Source of the DNA: Bacteroidia bacterium | GTDB lineage: Bacteria; Bacteroidota; Bacteroidia; UKL13-3 | Length of the DNA: 32,055 nucleotides | NCBI GenBank assembly: GCA_022402405.1 | Contig: JAKRSG010000063.1 | Location: forward strand, 1 to 32,055 | Reading direction: 5' to 3' | Part shown: piece by piece, positions 8,656-15,302 of the stretch | How positions within the stretch are numbered: position 1 is the first letter of the stretch | How the letters are laid out: every line of letters begins with the position of its first letter | Program-made: the position numbers and the translations under genes | The notes under the pieces: model-generated | Told to the model about the DNA's origin: nothing | What the model saw: the letters and a program-made list of their open reading frames with translations, nothing else | The model's database searches: none

Positions 8656-9147
8656 TTATTTTAATCCATCATTCATGCGCAAAAACTCTAACACGTTTCT
8701 AGCATCATCATCCGAAAGGTTTTGATTTGGCATACGAACCAAACACTCTTCCAACATCGCTATTGCTGCTGGATCTTTGTCTAACATCTCTGCAGCATTT
8801 GTAATAAAGTTCATAATCCACTCTGGCTTTCTTCTTTCGGTAACACCTTTGAAGCCGGGACCAACTAAACGTTCTTCTGTAAGTCTATGACAAGATCCAC
8901 ACTTCATATCGTAAATTCCTTTACCTCCATCGGCAAAGGCTTTGTTTAATGTTGGATCTAATTTAATGTCAGTAAATTTTCCTATTCCCTTGTCACTAGT
9001 TTCTTCTGCACTTGCCTCTTGGGTTTGGTCTGAACCAACTTCTTTGCTCGCCGATGCATTTGCGTTCGAGCTGTTGTTTTCTCCACCGCATGATGCCATC
9101 AGAAATATGGCTAAAATGGCGGTTACAGATAAGCTTATTTTTTTCAT
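8656..9147 (-). CDS. Monohaem c-type cytochrome lipoprotein, probable electron donor to NosZ
   Basis: 163 aa with a lipoprotein signal (FLMASC), a low-complexity linker and a single CGSCH haem-binding motif with a distal Met (VRMPNQ). It is the first gene of the operon and ends 26 nt upstream of nosZ. Confidence 0.85.
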   Translation of the reverse strand: MKKISLSVTAILAIFLMASCGGENNSSNANASASKEVGSDQTQEASAEETSDKGIGKFTDIKLDPTLNKAFADGGKGIYDMKCGSCHRLTEERLVGPGFKGVTERRKPEWIMNFITNAAEMLDKDPAAIAMLEECLVRMPNQNLSDDDARNVLEFLRMNDGLK

Positions 9148-9166
9148 GTTTTGTTAGTTTTAATTC

Positions 9167-9180
9167 GGATGTAAAGGTCC
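9167..9180. promoter_or_regulatory. GGAT-N6-GTCC operator-like site S1 (GGATGTAAAGGTCC), 20-33 nt upstream of the cyt c ATG
   Basis: Matches site S2 at 12/14 positions, plus a shared CGT flank. Related sites occur at 13581 and 25547. Confidence 0.5.
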
Positions 9181-9202
9181 GTATTTCACTTCTAATAGTT
9201 CT

Positions 9203-9216
9203 ATGACCGATGTCAA
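9203..9216. promoter_or_regulatory. CRP/FNR-type palindrome ATGAC-cgat-GTCAA
   Basis: Has the TGAY-N4-RTCA geometry. Its centre is 22 bp from the next box, and it lies 56-69 nt upstream of the cyt c ATG. Confidence 0.45.
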
Positions 9217-9224
9217 TAACTGAA

Positions 9225-9238
9225 CTGATATTTGTCAT
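9225..9238. promoter_or_regulatory. CRP/FNR-type palindrome CTGAT-attt-GTCAT
   Basis: This 14-mer is identical to 13563..13576. Confidence 0.5.
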
Positions 9239-9244
9239 AAATAA

Positions 9245-9258
9245 GGATGTTAATGTCC
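9245..9258. promoter_or_regulatory. GGAT-N6-GTCC operator-like site S2 (GGATGTTAATGTCC)
   Basis: Matches 13581..13594 (GGATGTTAATATCC) at 13/14 positions. Confidence 0.5.
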
Positions 9259-9267
9259 GTTATTAAG

Positions 9268-9306
9268 AAAAAAACAAAAAAAACCTCCTCTGTGCAGAGA
9301 AGGTTT
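9268..9306 (-). terminator. Strong intrinsic terminator (minus strand)
   Basis: The stem is 9281-9291 / 9296-9306 with loop gtgc. The single mismatch is C-A on the plus strand but a G-U wobble on the minus strand. On the minus strand it is followed by UUUUUGUUUUUUU. Confidence 0.7.
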
Positions 9307-9574
9307 TGTGTTGAGTGATTTGTGAGTAATTGTTAATGTTTCTTGTAACTGTATTTGTACTGATTTTTTCAGGAGCAAGTAAGCACAATAATAAATGCAT
9401 GACAATACCTAATTTTAGGTATTTTTAAGAATAAATTTAGAATTAAAAAGGAAATTGATTGGTTTTGGGAAGGGTAGATGTGGCAATAAATATTTTTAGG
9501 AGGAAATCCTATTGTACTGAAGAGTGAATATTGCCTGAATTTTTGTCTTTAAAATAGCCATATAGTTTTTGAAA

Positions 9575-9613
9575 AATGATAAAAGTCCCCAAGCAAAAAC
9601 CTTTGCCTGGGGA
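9575..9613 (-). terminator. Intrinsic terminator (minus strand) after the icd / small-ORF unit
   Basis: A 12-bp stem, TCCCCAAGCAAA-aacc-TTTGCCTGGGGA (9586..9613). The mismatch becomes a G-U pair only on the minus strand. It is followed by CUUUUAUCAUUUUUC. Confidence 0.6.
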
Positions 9614-9627
9614 AATTTTACCACAAA

Positions 9628-9831
9628 CTACACTCTATTTTTTGATTGTTTAACTGAGTTTAAATGCTCTGCAAATTTGCATATAAATGCTCCTAAGAAT
9701 ATACTCAGGGCAACAAATAAATGTCGGTGCAAATCTTCATTTGAACATACGGCTAAATAGATGCATATAATCATAAAGATTAAAGTAGATGCAAATTTTA
9801 TAATTAACGATATGTTGTTTTTTGATATCAA
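9628..9831 (-). CDS. Possible small two-TM membrane protein
   Basis: 67 aa with two hydrophobic segments (LIIKFASTLIFMIICIYLAV, LFVALSIFLGAFIC). It starts 30 nt after the icd stop, and its stop lies 15 nt upstream of the 9586..9613 terminator. No homology was recognised. Confidence 0.35.
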   Translation of the reverse strand: MISKNNISLIIKFASTLIFMIICIYLAVCSNEDLHRHLFVALSIFLGAFICKFAEHLNSVKQSKNRV

Positions 9832-9861
9832 GGTATGTGTTGTTTAAAGTAACAAAAGGTA

Positions 9862-11319
9862 TTATTGTCCTTGACCTAATGAGTATGCAGACTTTCCATC
9901 AAACTCATAAAGGTTTTCGGTTTTAATTACATCAATTTCTTCATTTAAAGCTTGATTTAACAACTTTATAATATTTGATTTAAAGAAGTCTTGTCCTGCT
10001 TCTGCTTTAAACCTACAACGCCAATGATCTGTGCAGAATGTTTCTTTAAACCCTTCTGGCCACACTTTGATACCTCTATTGGTAATCATATTTAGTTTTA
10101 CGCCATTATCTTCTAACTTCTTTACTTTCTCTGCTAAAACATTAGGGTCAAATTGATTCCAATGAACAAACAAATCTACACCCACTAATTTTTTGTTTGC
10201 GGCAGGTTTGCGTTGATATTTTGGTAATATTAATTCAGAGTTATTTGCATACGAAACAGGTTTGAGTATGTTTGGTTTCTGACCTAAATTACTAATTACG
10301 GCTTGAGCAAATTCTTTAGTTCCTACCTTTTGTTTGCTGGTACCTTCTTTATAAATATCATAGGTATGTATTCCGTCTTCTAAGGTTTTTAACCAAGCAT
10401 TCTGAACTTTTTCGGCAATGTTGGTCTGACCAATATGATTAAGCATCATAATAGCACCTTGTAATAATCCAGATGGATTTGCCACATTTTGGCCTGCTCT
10501 TCTTGGGGCAGAACCGTGTATGGCCTCAAACATAGAGCACTCTTCACCAATATTTGCAGAGCCAGCTAAACCAACTGAGCCTGTAATTTGTGCAGCAATA
10601 TCACTTAAAACGTCGCCATATAAATTCGGCATTACAATTACATCAAACGCCTCTGGTGTATCGGCCATTTTTGCAGCACCAATATCTATAATCCAATGTT
10701 CGTTTTCAATTTCTGGATATTCTTTGGCAATCTCATCAAACACTTGATGGAATAATCCATCTGTTTGTTTCATGATATTATCTTTGGTGAAACAGGTTAC
10801 CTTTTTACGGTTTTGTTGCTTGGCATATTCAAACGCATAACGAACTATCTTTTCGCAACCTGGTCTGCTTATTAATTTTAAACATTGTACAACCTCGTCT
10901 GTTTGTTGATGCTCTATACCTGCATATAAATCTTCTTCATTCTCCCTTACAATTACAATATCCATTACCGGATGTTTGGTGCTTACAAATGGATGTAAGC
11001 TCATACACGGACGAACATTAGAATATAATCCTAAGAATTTTCTAGTTGTTACATTTAAGCTTTTATATCCACCACCTTGAGGTGTGGTGATTGGTGCTTT
11101 AAGAAAGATTTTATTTTTACGAATGGTTTCCCAAGATTCGGCAGCAATTCCTGAGGTATTTCCTGCAAGGTATACTTTTTCTCCTACCTCAATTTCATCA
11201 ATCTCAATCTGCGCTCCCGCAGCCAAAATTATTTCTAAGGTAGCGTCCATAATTTCTGGACCAATACCGTCGCCTTTTGCAACCGTTATTCTTTTCATAT
11301 TTGCTTTAAATTTTGGCAA
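9862..11319 (-). CDS. icd: Isocitrate dehydrogenase (isocitrate/isopropylmalate dehydrogenase family, with a C-terminal extension)
   Basis: 485 aa with motifs ITVAKGDGIGPEI, LNVTTRKFLGLYSNVRP, VRENEEDLYAG, MPNLYGDVLSD and FEAIHGSAPRRAG. Confidence 0.85.
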   Translation of the reverse strand: MPKFKANMKRITVAKGDGIGPEIMDATLEIILAAGAQIEIDEIEVGEKVYLAGNTSGIAAESWETIRKNKIFLKAPITTPQGGGYKSLNVTTRKFLGLYSNVRPCMSLHPFVSTKHPVMDIVIVRENEEDLYAGIEHQQTDEVVQCLKLISRPGCEKIVRYAFEYAKQQNRKKVTCFTKDNIMKQTDGLFHQVFDEIAKEYPEIENEHWIIDIGAAKMADTPEAFDVIVMPNLYGDVLSDIAAQITGSVGLAGSANIGEECSMFEAIHGSAPRRAGQNVANPSGLLQGAIMMLNHIGQTNIAEKVQNAWLKTLEDGIHTYDIYKEGTSKQKVGTKEFAQAVISNLGQKPNILKPVSYANNSELILPKYQRKPAANKKLVGVDLFVHWNQFDPNVLAEKVKKLEDNGVKLNMITNRGIKVWPEGFKETFCTDHWRCRFKAEAGQDFFKSNIIKLLNQALNEEIDVIKTENLYEFDGKSAYSLGQGQ

Positions 11320-11459
11320 ATCTGAAAATTTAAATCTAATTTATTTTATTTATATTCGTAATAGCCGTAATATGAAAAATATATAAACTTTTGTTTAACA
11401 ATTGATTTTTAGGTTTTTAGCTTAAATGAGATATTGCATTTGTTTCCGATGGATATTAT

Positions 11460-11915
11460 TTACTTTTTAAGGATACTTTCATATAGATTAATCCAATCCT
11501 TTACACTCATTTTCGACATCAGTTCTCCAATCAGCTCAAAAGGAATATTCTCTGGTTTTTTGAACCGAATACAACTTTTGCCCATATCTAATTTTTGTTT
11601 GCTGTGTTTTGGGTATTCTGCCACAAACCATTCTAATAATTTGGGGTCAGAATAAATTCCCATATGGTATAAGTTTATGGTATTCTTTTGAGAGGCAATC
11701 CCAGCAAATGGGAGAGGTTCTGAGGGTTTGCAATGGTACCCATTTGGATATATACTATGCGGAACCACATAGCCCAAACCACCATAACTCATGCCTGCTT
11801 CAAATCCTTTTGGCAGGTTCTTTATGATGGTTTCATGTAATTTCCTAAAAGCCGCCGAACGCTCCTCCGGAATGTTATTTAATATTTCTTCTACCGTTGT
11901 CCCTGGTGCTTTCAT
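11460..11915 (-). CDS. DUF1801 (YdhG-like) domain protein
   Basis: 151 aa. The overall pattern (ERSAAFRKLHETIIKNLP...GMSYGGLGY...INLYHMG...GKSCIRFKK) resembles the DUF1801 family. This is motif recollection only. Confidence 0.5.
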   Translation of the reverse strand: MKAPGTTVEEILNNIPEERSAAFRKLHETIIKNLPKGFEAGMSYGGLGYVVPHSIYPNGYHCKPSEPLPFAGIASQKNTINLYHMGIYSDPKLLEWFVAEYPKHSKQKLDMGKSCIRFKKPENIPFELIGELMSKMSVKDWINLYESILKK

Positions 11916-11963
11916 GAGTATTGGTCGTTAGTCGTTTGTCTTTAGTCGTTAGTGAAAAAAAAT

Positions 11964-12003
11964 AATTCGTTCCCGCGGTGGCGGGATTTCGCAATCGCTC
12001 AAA
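11964..12003. repeat. Copy A of a roughly 39-bp hairpin-containing interspersed repeat
   Basis: The sequence is aattcgTTCCCGCggtgGCGGGAtttcgcaatcgctcaaa, with a 6-bp stem TCCCGC/GCGGGA. Two more copies lie at 25420..25497. Confidence 0.8.
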
Positions 12004-12056
12004 CTTCATAATTCATACTTCATAATTCATACTTCATAATTCATACTTCATAATTC
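12004..12056. repeat. 14-bp tandem repeat (cttcataattcata) x about 3.8, abutting the stop codon of the TDO-like gene
   Basis: Direct reading gives units at 12004, 12018, 12032 and 12046 (the last partial). One further unit precedes repeat copy B at 25407..25420. Confidence 0.9.
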
Positions 12057-12991
12057 TAAACCGGAGCTTTCTCCGTCTCAGAAGTTCCCCAATTAGCTAA
12101 TTCCGTTTCGCTCCATAACTCTGGGAAATAAATGCGTCTTTGGAAAGCTGGATGTAAATATTTTTCCCAATGACTGCCACCTGTAGCAGTTTTGGTTTCA
12201 CCTTTCGATTTCAAATAGGTTCTGGCCGTTTCTAAATGTACCATAGGCCAATCAATATTGTATTTTTTATCAAATGCGCGCAAGGCTTCAATTAGGGCTG
12301 TCTGACCCTTTTCGTCTAATTGGGGTAACATCGTTTTGTATTTGTTATTCAAATTATGGGTCTTCATAGTGTTGGCTGTTTGAACAAATAATGGCAGGTA
12401 TTTTTGTTCAAAATCACTTAGTGTTTTATTCTTTTTATTGGTCTCTCTATTAAAACCAGCTTCTTGCCAATATAATAAAGAAAATTTCTCTTCGATAGCG
12501 GTTTCTGGAGTTAAACGATTTCTTAAATAAGCAGGAATCAACAAATCTACATCGGTACACATAAGTTCTATAAACCTAAATTGAGCCGATTGAAATCCGC
12601 TAGCAGGAGATAGGCTCAGCCTAAATTGATTGTAATCTTCATAGCTCATCCCTTGATTCATAATGCTAAATGAACTGCATAGTAAATCGGTGTATCGAAC
12701 CATACGATATAGTTTCTCTACAAATAAATTAGGCTCCATATCGCTTAAACACAATTGATCTAGCTCATGACGAATAAGCTTCAATACCAATTCTGTTATT
12801 TGATGATACACAATAAAGATGGTTTCATCTTTAAAATCTGTGCGTGGATTTTGCAAGGTAAGCAATGTATCTACCTGCACATACTCCCAATAATTAATGG
12901 CTCTGTTGTGCTTTAAGCCTCTTAAATAATTCTCCGGATCTTGCCCGTTTGCTATTAATTTATCTTTTATCTCTTGTAAAATATTCTCCAT
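12056..12991 (-). CDS. Tryptophan 2,3-dioxygenase family protein
   Basis: 311 aa. YWEYVQVDTLLTLQ....ETIFIVYHQITELVLKLIRHEL resembles the conserved N-terminal helices of TDO. A TAAATTTG -7-like box lies on the minus strand at 13038..13031. Confidence 0.6.
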   Translation of the reverse strand: MENILQEIKDKLIANGQDPENYLRGLKHNRAINYWEYVQVDTLLTLQNPRTDFKDETIFIVYHQITELVLKLIRHELDQLCLSDMEPNLFVEKLYRMVRYTDLLCSSFSIMNQGMSYEDYNQFRLSLSPASGFQSAQFRFIELMCTDVDLLIPAYLRNRLTPETAIEEKFSLLYWQEAGFNRETNKKNKTLSDFEQKYLPLFVQTANTMKTHNLNNKYKTMLPQLDEKGQTALIEALRAFDKKYNIDWPMVHLETARTYLKSKGETKTATGGSHWEKYLHPAFQRRIYFPELWSETELANWGTSETEKAPV

Positions 12992-13056
12992 GTTTACTGG
13001 GTGCGTTTATGAAATTACGATTTCAAATATCAAATTTATTTTTTATTTGTTTGAAC

Positions 13057-13488
13057 CTATTTATTATTCAATACAAAAACATTGTCTTTCAGTTGCTCAG
13101 AAAGCTCATGTATCATAGTGTTTTCTAGCATTTTCTTTAAATCTGTGCGCACGTTTAAAAAATGATAATGAAGCGGACATGGATTTTTGGCGTTGCACTG
13201 TTTTAGACCCAAACCGCATGCCGTAAAAATTGAATCGCCATCTACCACCTTAACAATATCAATTAATCTTACTTTGCTTTCAGGTTTTATAAAAAAACCA
13301 CCACCCGGACCTTTAGATGATTGAATTAGGTCTGCATGAACTAATTTCTGAAGGAGTTTAGCAATGTATTGAGCAGGCACATCTGCCTTTTCTGAGATTT
13401 CATGTAAGTTAGATTTATGCCCATCCTGGGTGTTTTGGCAGATAATAATTACTGCTCTTATAGCGTATTCACAAGATTTTGAAAACAT
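13057..13488 (-). CDS. Rrf2-family transcriptional regulator (NsrR/IscR-like, probable Fe-S sensor)
   Basis: 143 aa with an N-terminal winged helix (SKSCEYAIRAVIII...ISEKADVPAQYIAKLLQKL) and a C-x6-C-x5-C-x2-H cluster-ligand motif (ACGLGLKQCNAKNPCPLH). Confidence 0.85.
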   Translation of the reverse strand: MFSKSCEYAIRAVIIICQNTQDGHKSNLHEISEKADVPAQYIAKLLQKLVHADLIQSSKGPGGGFFIKPESKVRLIDIVKVVDGDSIFTACGLGLKQCNAKNPCPLHYHFLNVRTDLKKMLENTMIHELSEQLKDNVFVLNNK

Positions 13489-13562
13489 AACTTTGATATA
13501 TAAAAGTTCGCAAAATAAGGTTTAATTCTGTTTCTAAAAACAGATATAAGTATCTTTTTTAT

Positions 13563-13576
13563 CTGATATTTGTCAT
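13563..13576. promoter_or_regulatory. CRP/FNR-type palindrome CTGAT-attt-GTCAT
   Basis: Identical to 9225..9238. It lies 75 nt upstream of the rrf2 ATG. Confidence 0.5.
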
Positions 13577-13598
13577 TTTCGGATGTTAATATCCGAAA
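13577..13598. promoter_or_regulatory. Operator-like inverted repeat S3, TTTCGGAT-gttaat-ATCCGAAA
   Basis: Perfect 8-bp arms. The core GGATGTTAATATCC matches the nos site S2 at 13/14 positions. It sits immediately upstream of the fasciclin -7 box. Confidence 0.55.
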
Positions 13599-13606
13599 TA
13601 TGTTTG
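13599..13606 (+). promoter_or_regulatory. Bacteroidota-type -7 box TATGTTTG for the fasciclin gene
   Basis: Matches TAnnTTTG and starts 29 nt upstream of ATG 13628. A TTTC lies 18 nt upstream in the -33 position. Confidence 0.4.
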
Positions 13607-13627
13607 TTCCAACAATTTAATACAACT

Positions 13628-14185
13628 ATGAAGAAATTATTTTTAAGTGCATTGGCCTTGGTAGGTTTGTTTTACCTAAGTTCTTGTGGAAACTCTGAAG
13701 CCACTAGTAGCGAAAATTCTGCTGAAACAGAAGCATCATCAGGCGGCGGACAAGCTTCGGTTCAAGACGATTTATCTGAAAAAGATATTGTAAAAGTAGC
13801 GGTTGGTTCAGCCGACCACTCAACATTGGTAACTGCAGTGAAAGCTGCTGATTTGGTAAATGTATTATCAAATGCTGGTCCGTTTACCGTTTTTGCTCCA
13901 GTTAACAAAGCCTTTGATGAGTTGCCAGCAGGTGCAGTGGAAGATTTATTAAAACCAGAAAAAAAAGAGGCTTTACAAGATGTTTTACAATATCATGTGG
14001 CTGTTGCGGTTTATCAACCAAGCATGTTTACCGATGGTCAGAAAATTGAAATGGTGAACGGAGGTTATGCCACCATTAGCATCAAAGATGGCAAAACGTT
14101 TATCAACGATGCAGAGCTTTTAGGAAATGTTAAAGCTTCTAATGGTATCGTTTATGTGTTAGACAAAGTTTTGTTACCTCAATAG
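13628..14185 (+). CDS. Fasciclin (FAS1) domain lipoprotein
   Basis: I prefer the start at the internal ATG 13628 (MKKLFLSALALVGLFYLSSC is a lipoprotein signal), because the track start at 13583 lies inside the operator palindrome. FAS1 motifs are TLVTAVKAADL, GPFTVFAPVNKAF, VLQYHV and NGIVYVLDKVLLP. Confidence 0.85.
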   Translation: MKKLFLSALALVGLFYLSSCGNSEATSSENSAETEASSGGGQASVQDDLSEKDIVKVAVGSADHSTLVTAVKAADLVNVLSNAGPFTVFAPVNKAFDELPAGAVEDLLKPEKKEALQDVLQYHVAVAVYQPSMFTDGQKIEMVNGGYATISIKDGKTFINDAELLGNVKASNGIVYVLDKVLLPQ

Positions 14186-14212
14186 GTTCTATTTTTTTAC
14201 TTGGTTTGCTTT

Positions 14213-14253
14213 AAAAGACTCATTTGTAGACAACAAATGGGTCTTTTTATTTT
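14213..14253 (+). terminator. Intrinsic terminator after the fasciclin gene, shared with the convergent mbnH-like gene
   Basis: AGACTCATTTGT-agaca-ACAAATGGGTCT (14216..14244) followed by TTTTTATTTT. The single non-Watson-Crick pair is a G-U wobble on the plus strand. Confidence 0.65.
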
Positions 14254-15302
14254 ATATAATCCCAATCACTAAGTGCTTTTAGAAAGGCAATTAATTGCTG
14301 CTTTTGTATGGGTGTTAAATTCAATTTTCTAGTTCCATTTCTTTTGTTTAATAGTGGATCTACATGTTTATCGTCGGATACACCTTCGTTGTAATGATCT
14401 ATTACTTGCTCCAAGTTGCTAAACCTCCCATCGTGCATGTATGGAGCCGTAAATTCAATGTTTCTAAGTGTTGGACTTAAGAACTTACCCATGTCTTCTT
14501 GCCTTTGTGTTAGGTTAAACAGGCCTTTATCGGAGCCGTTGTAGCTTATATTTAAACCAGTATTGTGAAATTCTTGATCGCTAAACAATGGATCAGAATG
14601 ACAATGAAAGCAATCGCCTTTCTCCGAGAAAAAAATTACATAGCCTTCATGTTCCATTTGGTTTAGGCTCAATTCTCTTCTTTTAAATTTATCGAATTTA
14701 GAGTTAGCGCTAATCATGGTTCTTATATGCTGAGCCAAAGCCATGGCTATGGTTTTTTTGAGTTGGTGGTAAGGAACTTCTTCTATTTTATTAATACCAA
14801 ACGCTTTCTTAAAAAGACTTGGATATACCGAATGCTCCGATAGTTTTTTATAAAGTTCATCGGGTTTTGTATTAAAAAATTCAGGCTCAAAATCGCCCAT
14901 AGCCAAGGTGTCTAAATTGTGCTCTGATCCTGTCCAATTAAACTTATTTCTAAAGGCTAAATTAACATGCGGTGGCACACTAATTTTAGTTCCCGACCAA
15001 GAATTAAAAATGGGTAAAGAAAAGGAATTTTCTTTAAGATGACAGCTGCTACACGACCTTCCATTGCTAGATAAAATAGGGTCTGAATAGAGCATTTTAC
15101 CTAATTGAATACCTTCTATTGTAAGTGGGTTTTCTTTGGATAAATAGGATTTTGGGAACCCCGTTGGAATGGCTAATGAATAGGGGGTAGGTTCATTATT
15201 TTCTGGATTTACCGTCGTTTCTTCCTGGCAAGATATGCTTAACAAAAGCATTCCTACACATGCCATTAGTTTAGTTTTGTATAAGGAAGGTGTCATAGCC
15301 AT
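14247..15302 (-). CDS. Dihaem cytochrome c peroxidase / MauG family protein (MbnH-like)
   Basis: 351 aa with two CxxCH motifs (CSSCH, CFHCH) and a lipoprotein-like signal (LLLSISC). It overlaps or abuts the upstream MbnP-like gene. Alternative starts are at 15296 and 15266. Confidence 0.85.
   Translation of the reverse strand: MAMTPSLYKTKLMACVGMLLLSISCQEETTVNPENNEPTPYSLAIPTGFPKSYLSKENPLTIEGIQLGKMLYSDPILSSNGRSCSSCHLKENSFSLPIFNSWSGTKISVPPHVNLAFRNKFNWTGSEHNLDTLAMGDFEPEFFNTKPDELYKKLSEHSVYPSLFKKAFGINKIEEVPYHQLKKTIAMALAQHIRTMISANSKFDKFKRRELSLNQMEHEGYVIFFSEKGDCFHCHSDPLFSDQEFHNTGLNISYNGSDKGLFNLTQRQEDMGKFLSPTLRNIEFTAPYMHDGRFSNLEQVIDHYNEGVSDDKHVDPLLNKRNGTRKLNLTPIQKQQLIAFLKALSDWDYIK

Noticed and set aside
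8942-9238. Three overlapping track ORFs (8942..9157 +, 8996..9238 -, 9012..9206 +)
   Set aside because: They overlap the well-supported cytochrome c gene or its promoter. They have low-complexity composition and no recognisable motifs.
9258-9400. Minus-strand ORF of about 49 codons from ATG 9400 (MHLLLCLLAPEKISTN...)
   Set aside because: It reads straight through the terminator stem and U-tract and ends in a poly-Phe/Leu tail encoded by the T-run. The region is more likely non-coding.
9569-9760. 63-aa plus-strand ORF
   Set aside because: It is antisense to the small hydrophobic ORF and begins inside the minus-strand terminator hairpin. It has no plausible promoter or motif.
10520-11827. Plus-strand ORFs 10520..10747, 11084..11386, 11434..11655 and 11609..11827
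   Set aside because: They are antisense to icd and the DUF1801 gene or span their junctions. No motifs are recognisable.
13010-13025. Palindrome TGAAAT-tacg-ATTTCA between the rrf2 stop and the TDO-like start
   Set aside because: Its AT-only arms and TGA-N10-TCA spacing do not fit the CRP/FNR-type boxes, and it has no second copy in the window. It could be a TDO leader element, but the evidence is too thin to call.
13583-13627. N-terminal extension of the fasciclin ORF (MLISEICLFQQFNTT)
   Set aside because: The extension is encoded by the operator palindrome and the -7 box. The internal ATG 13628 gives a textbook lipoprotein signal peptide.
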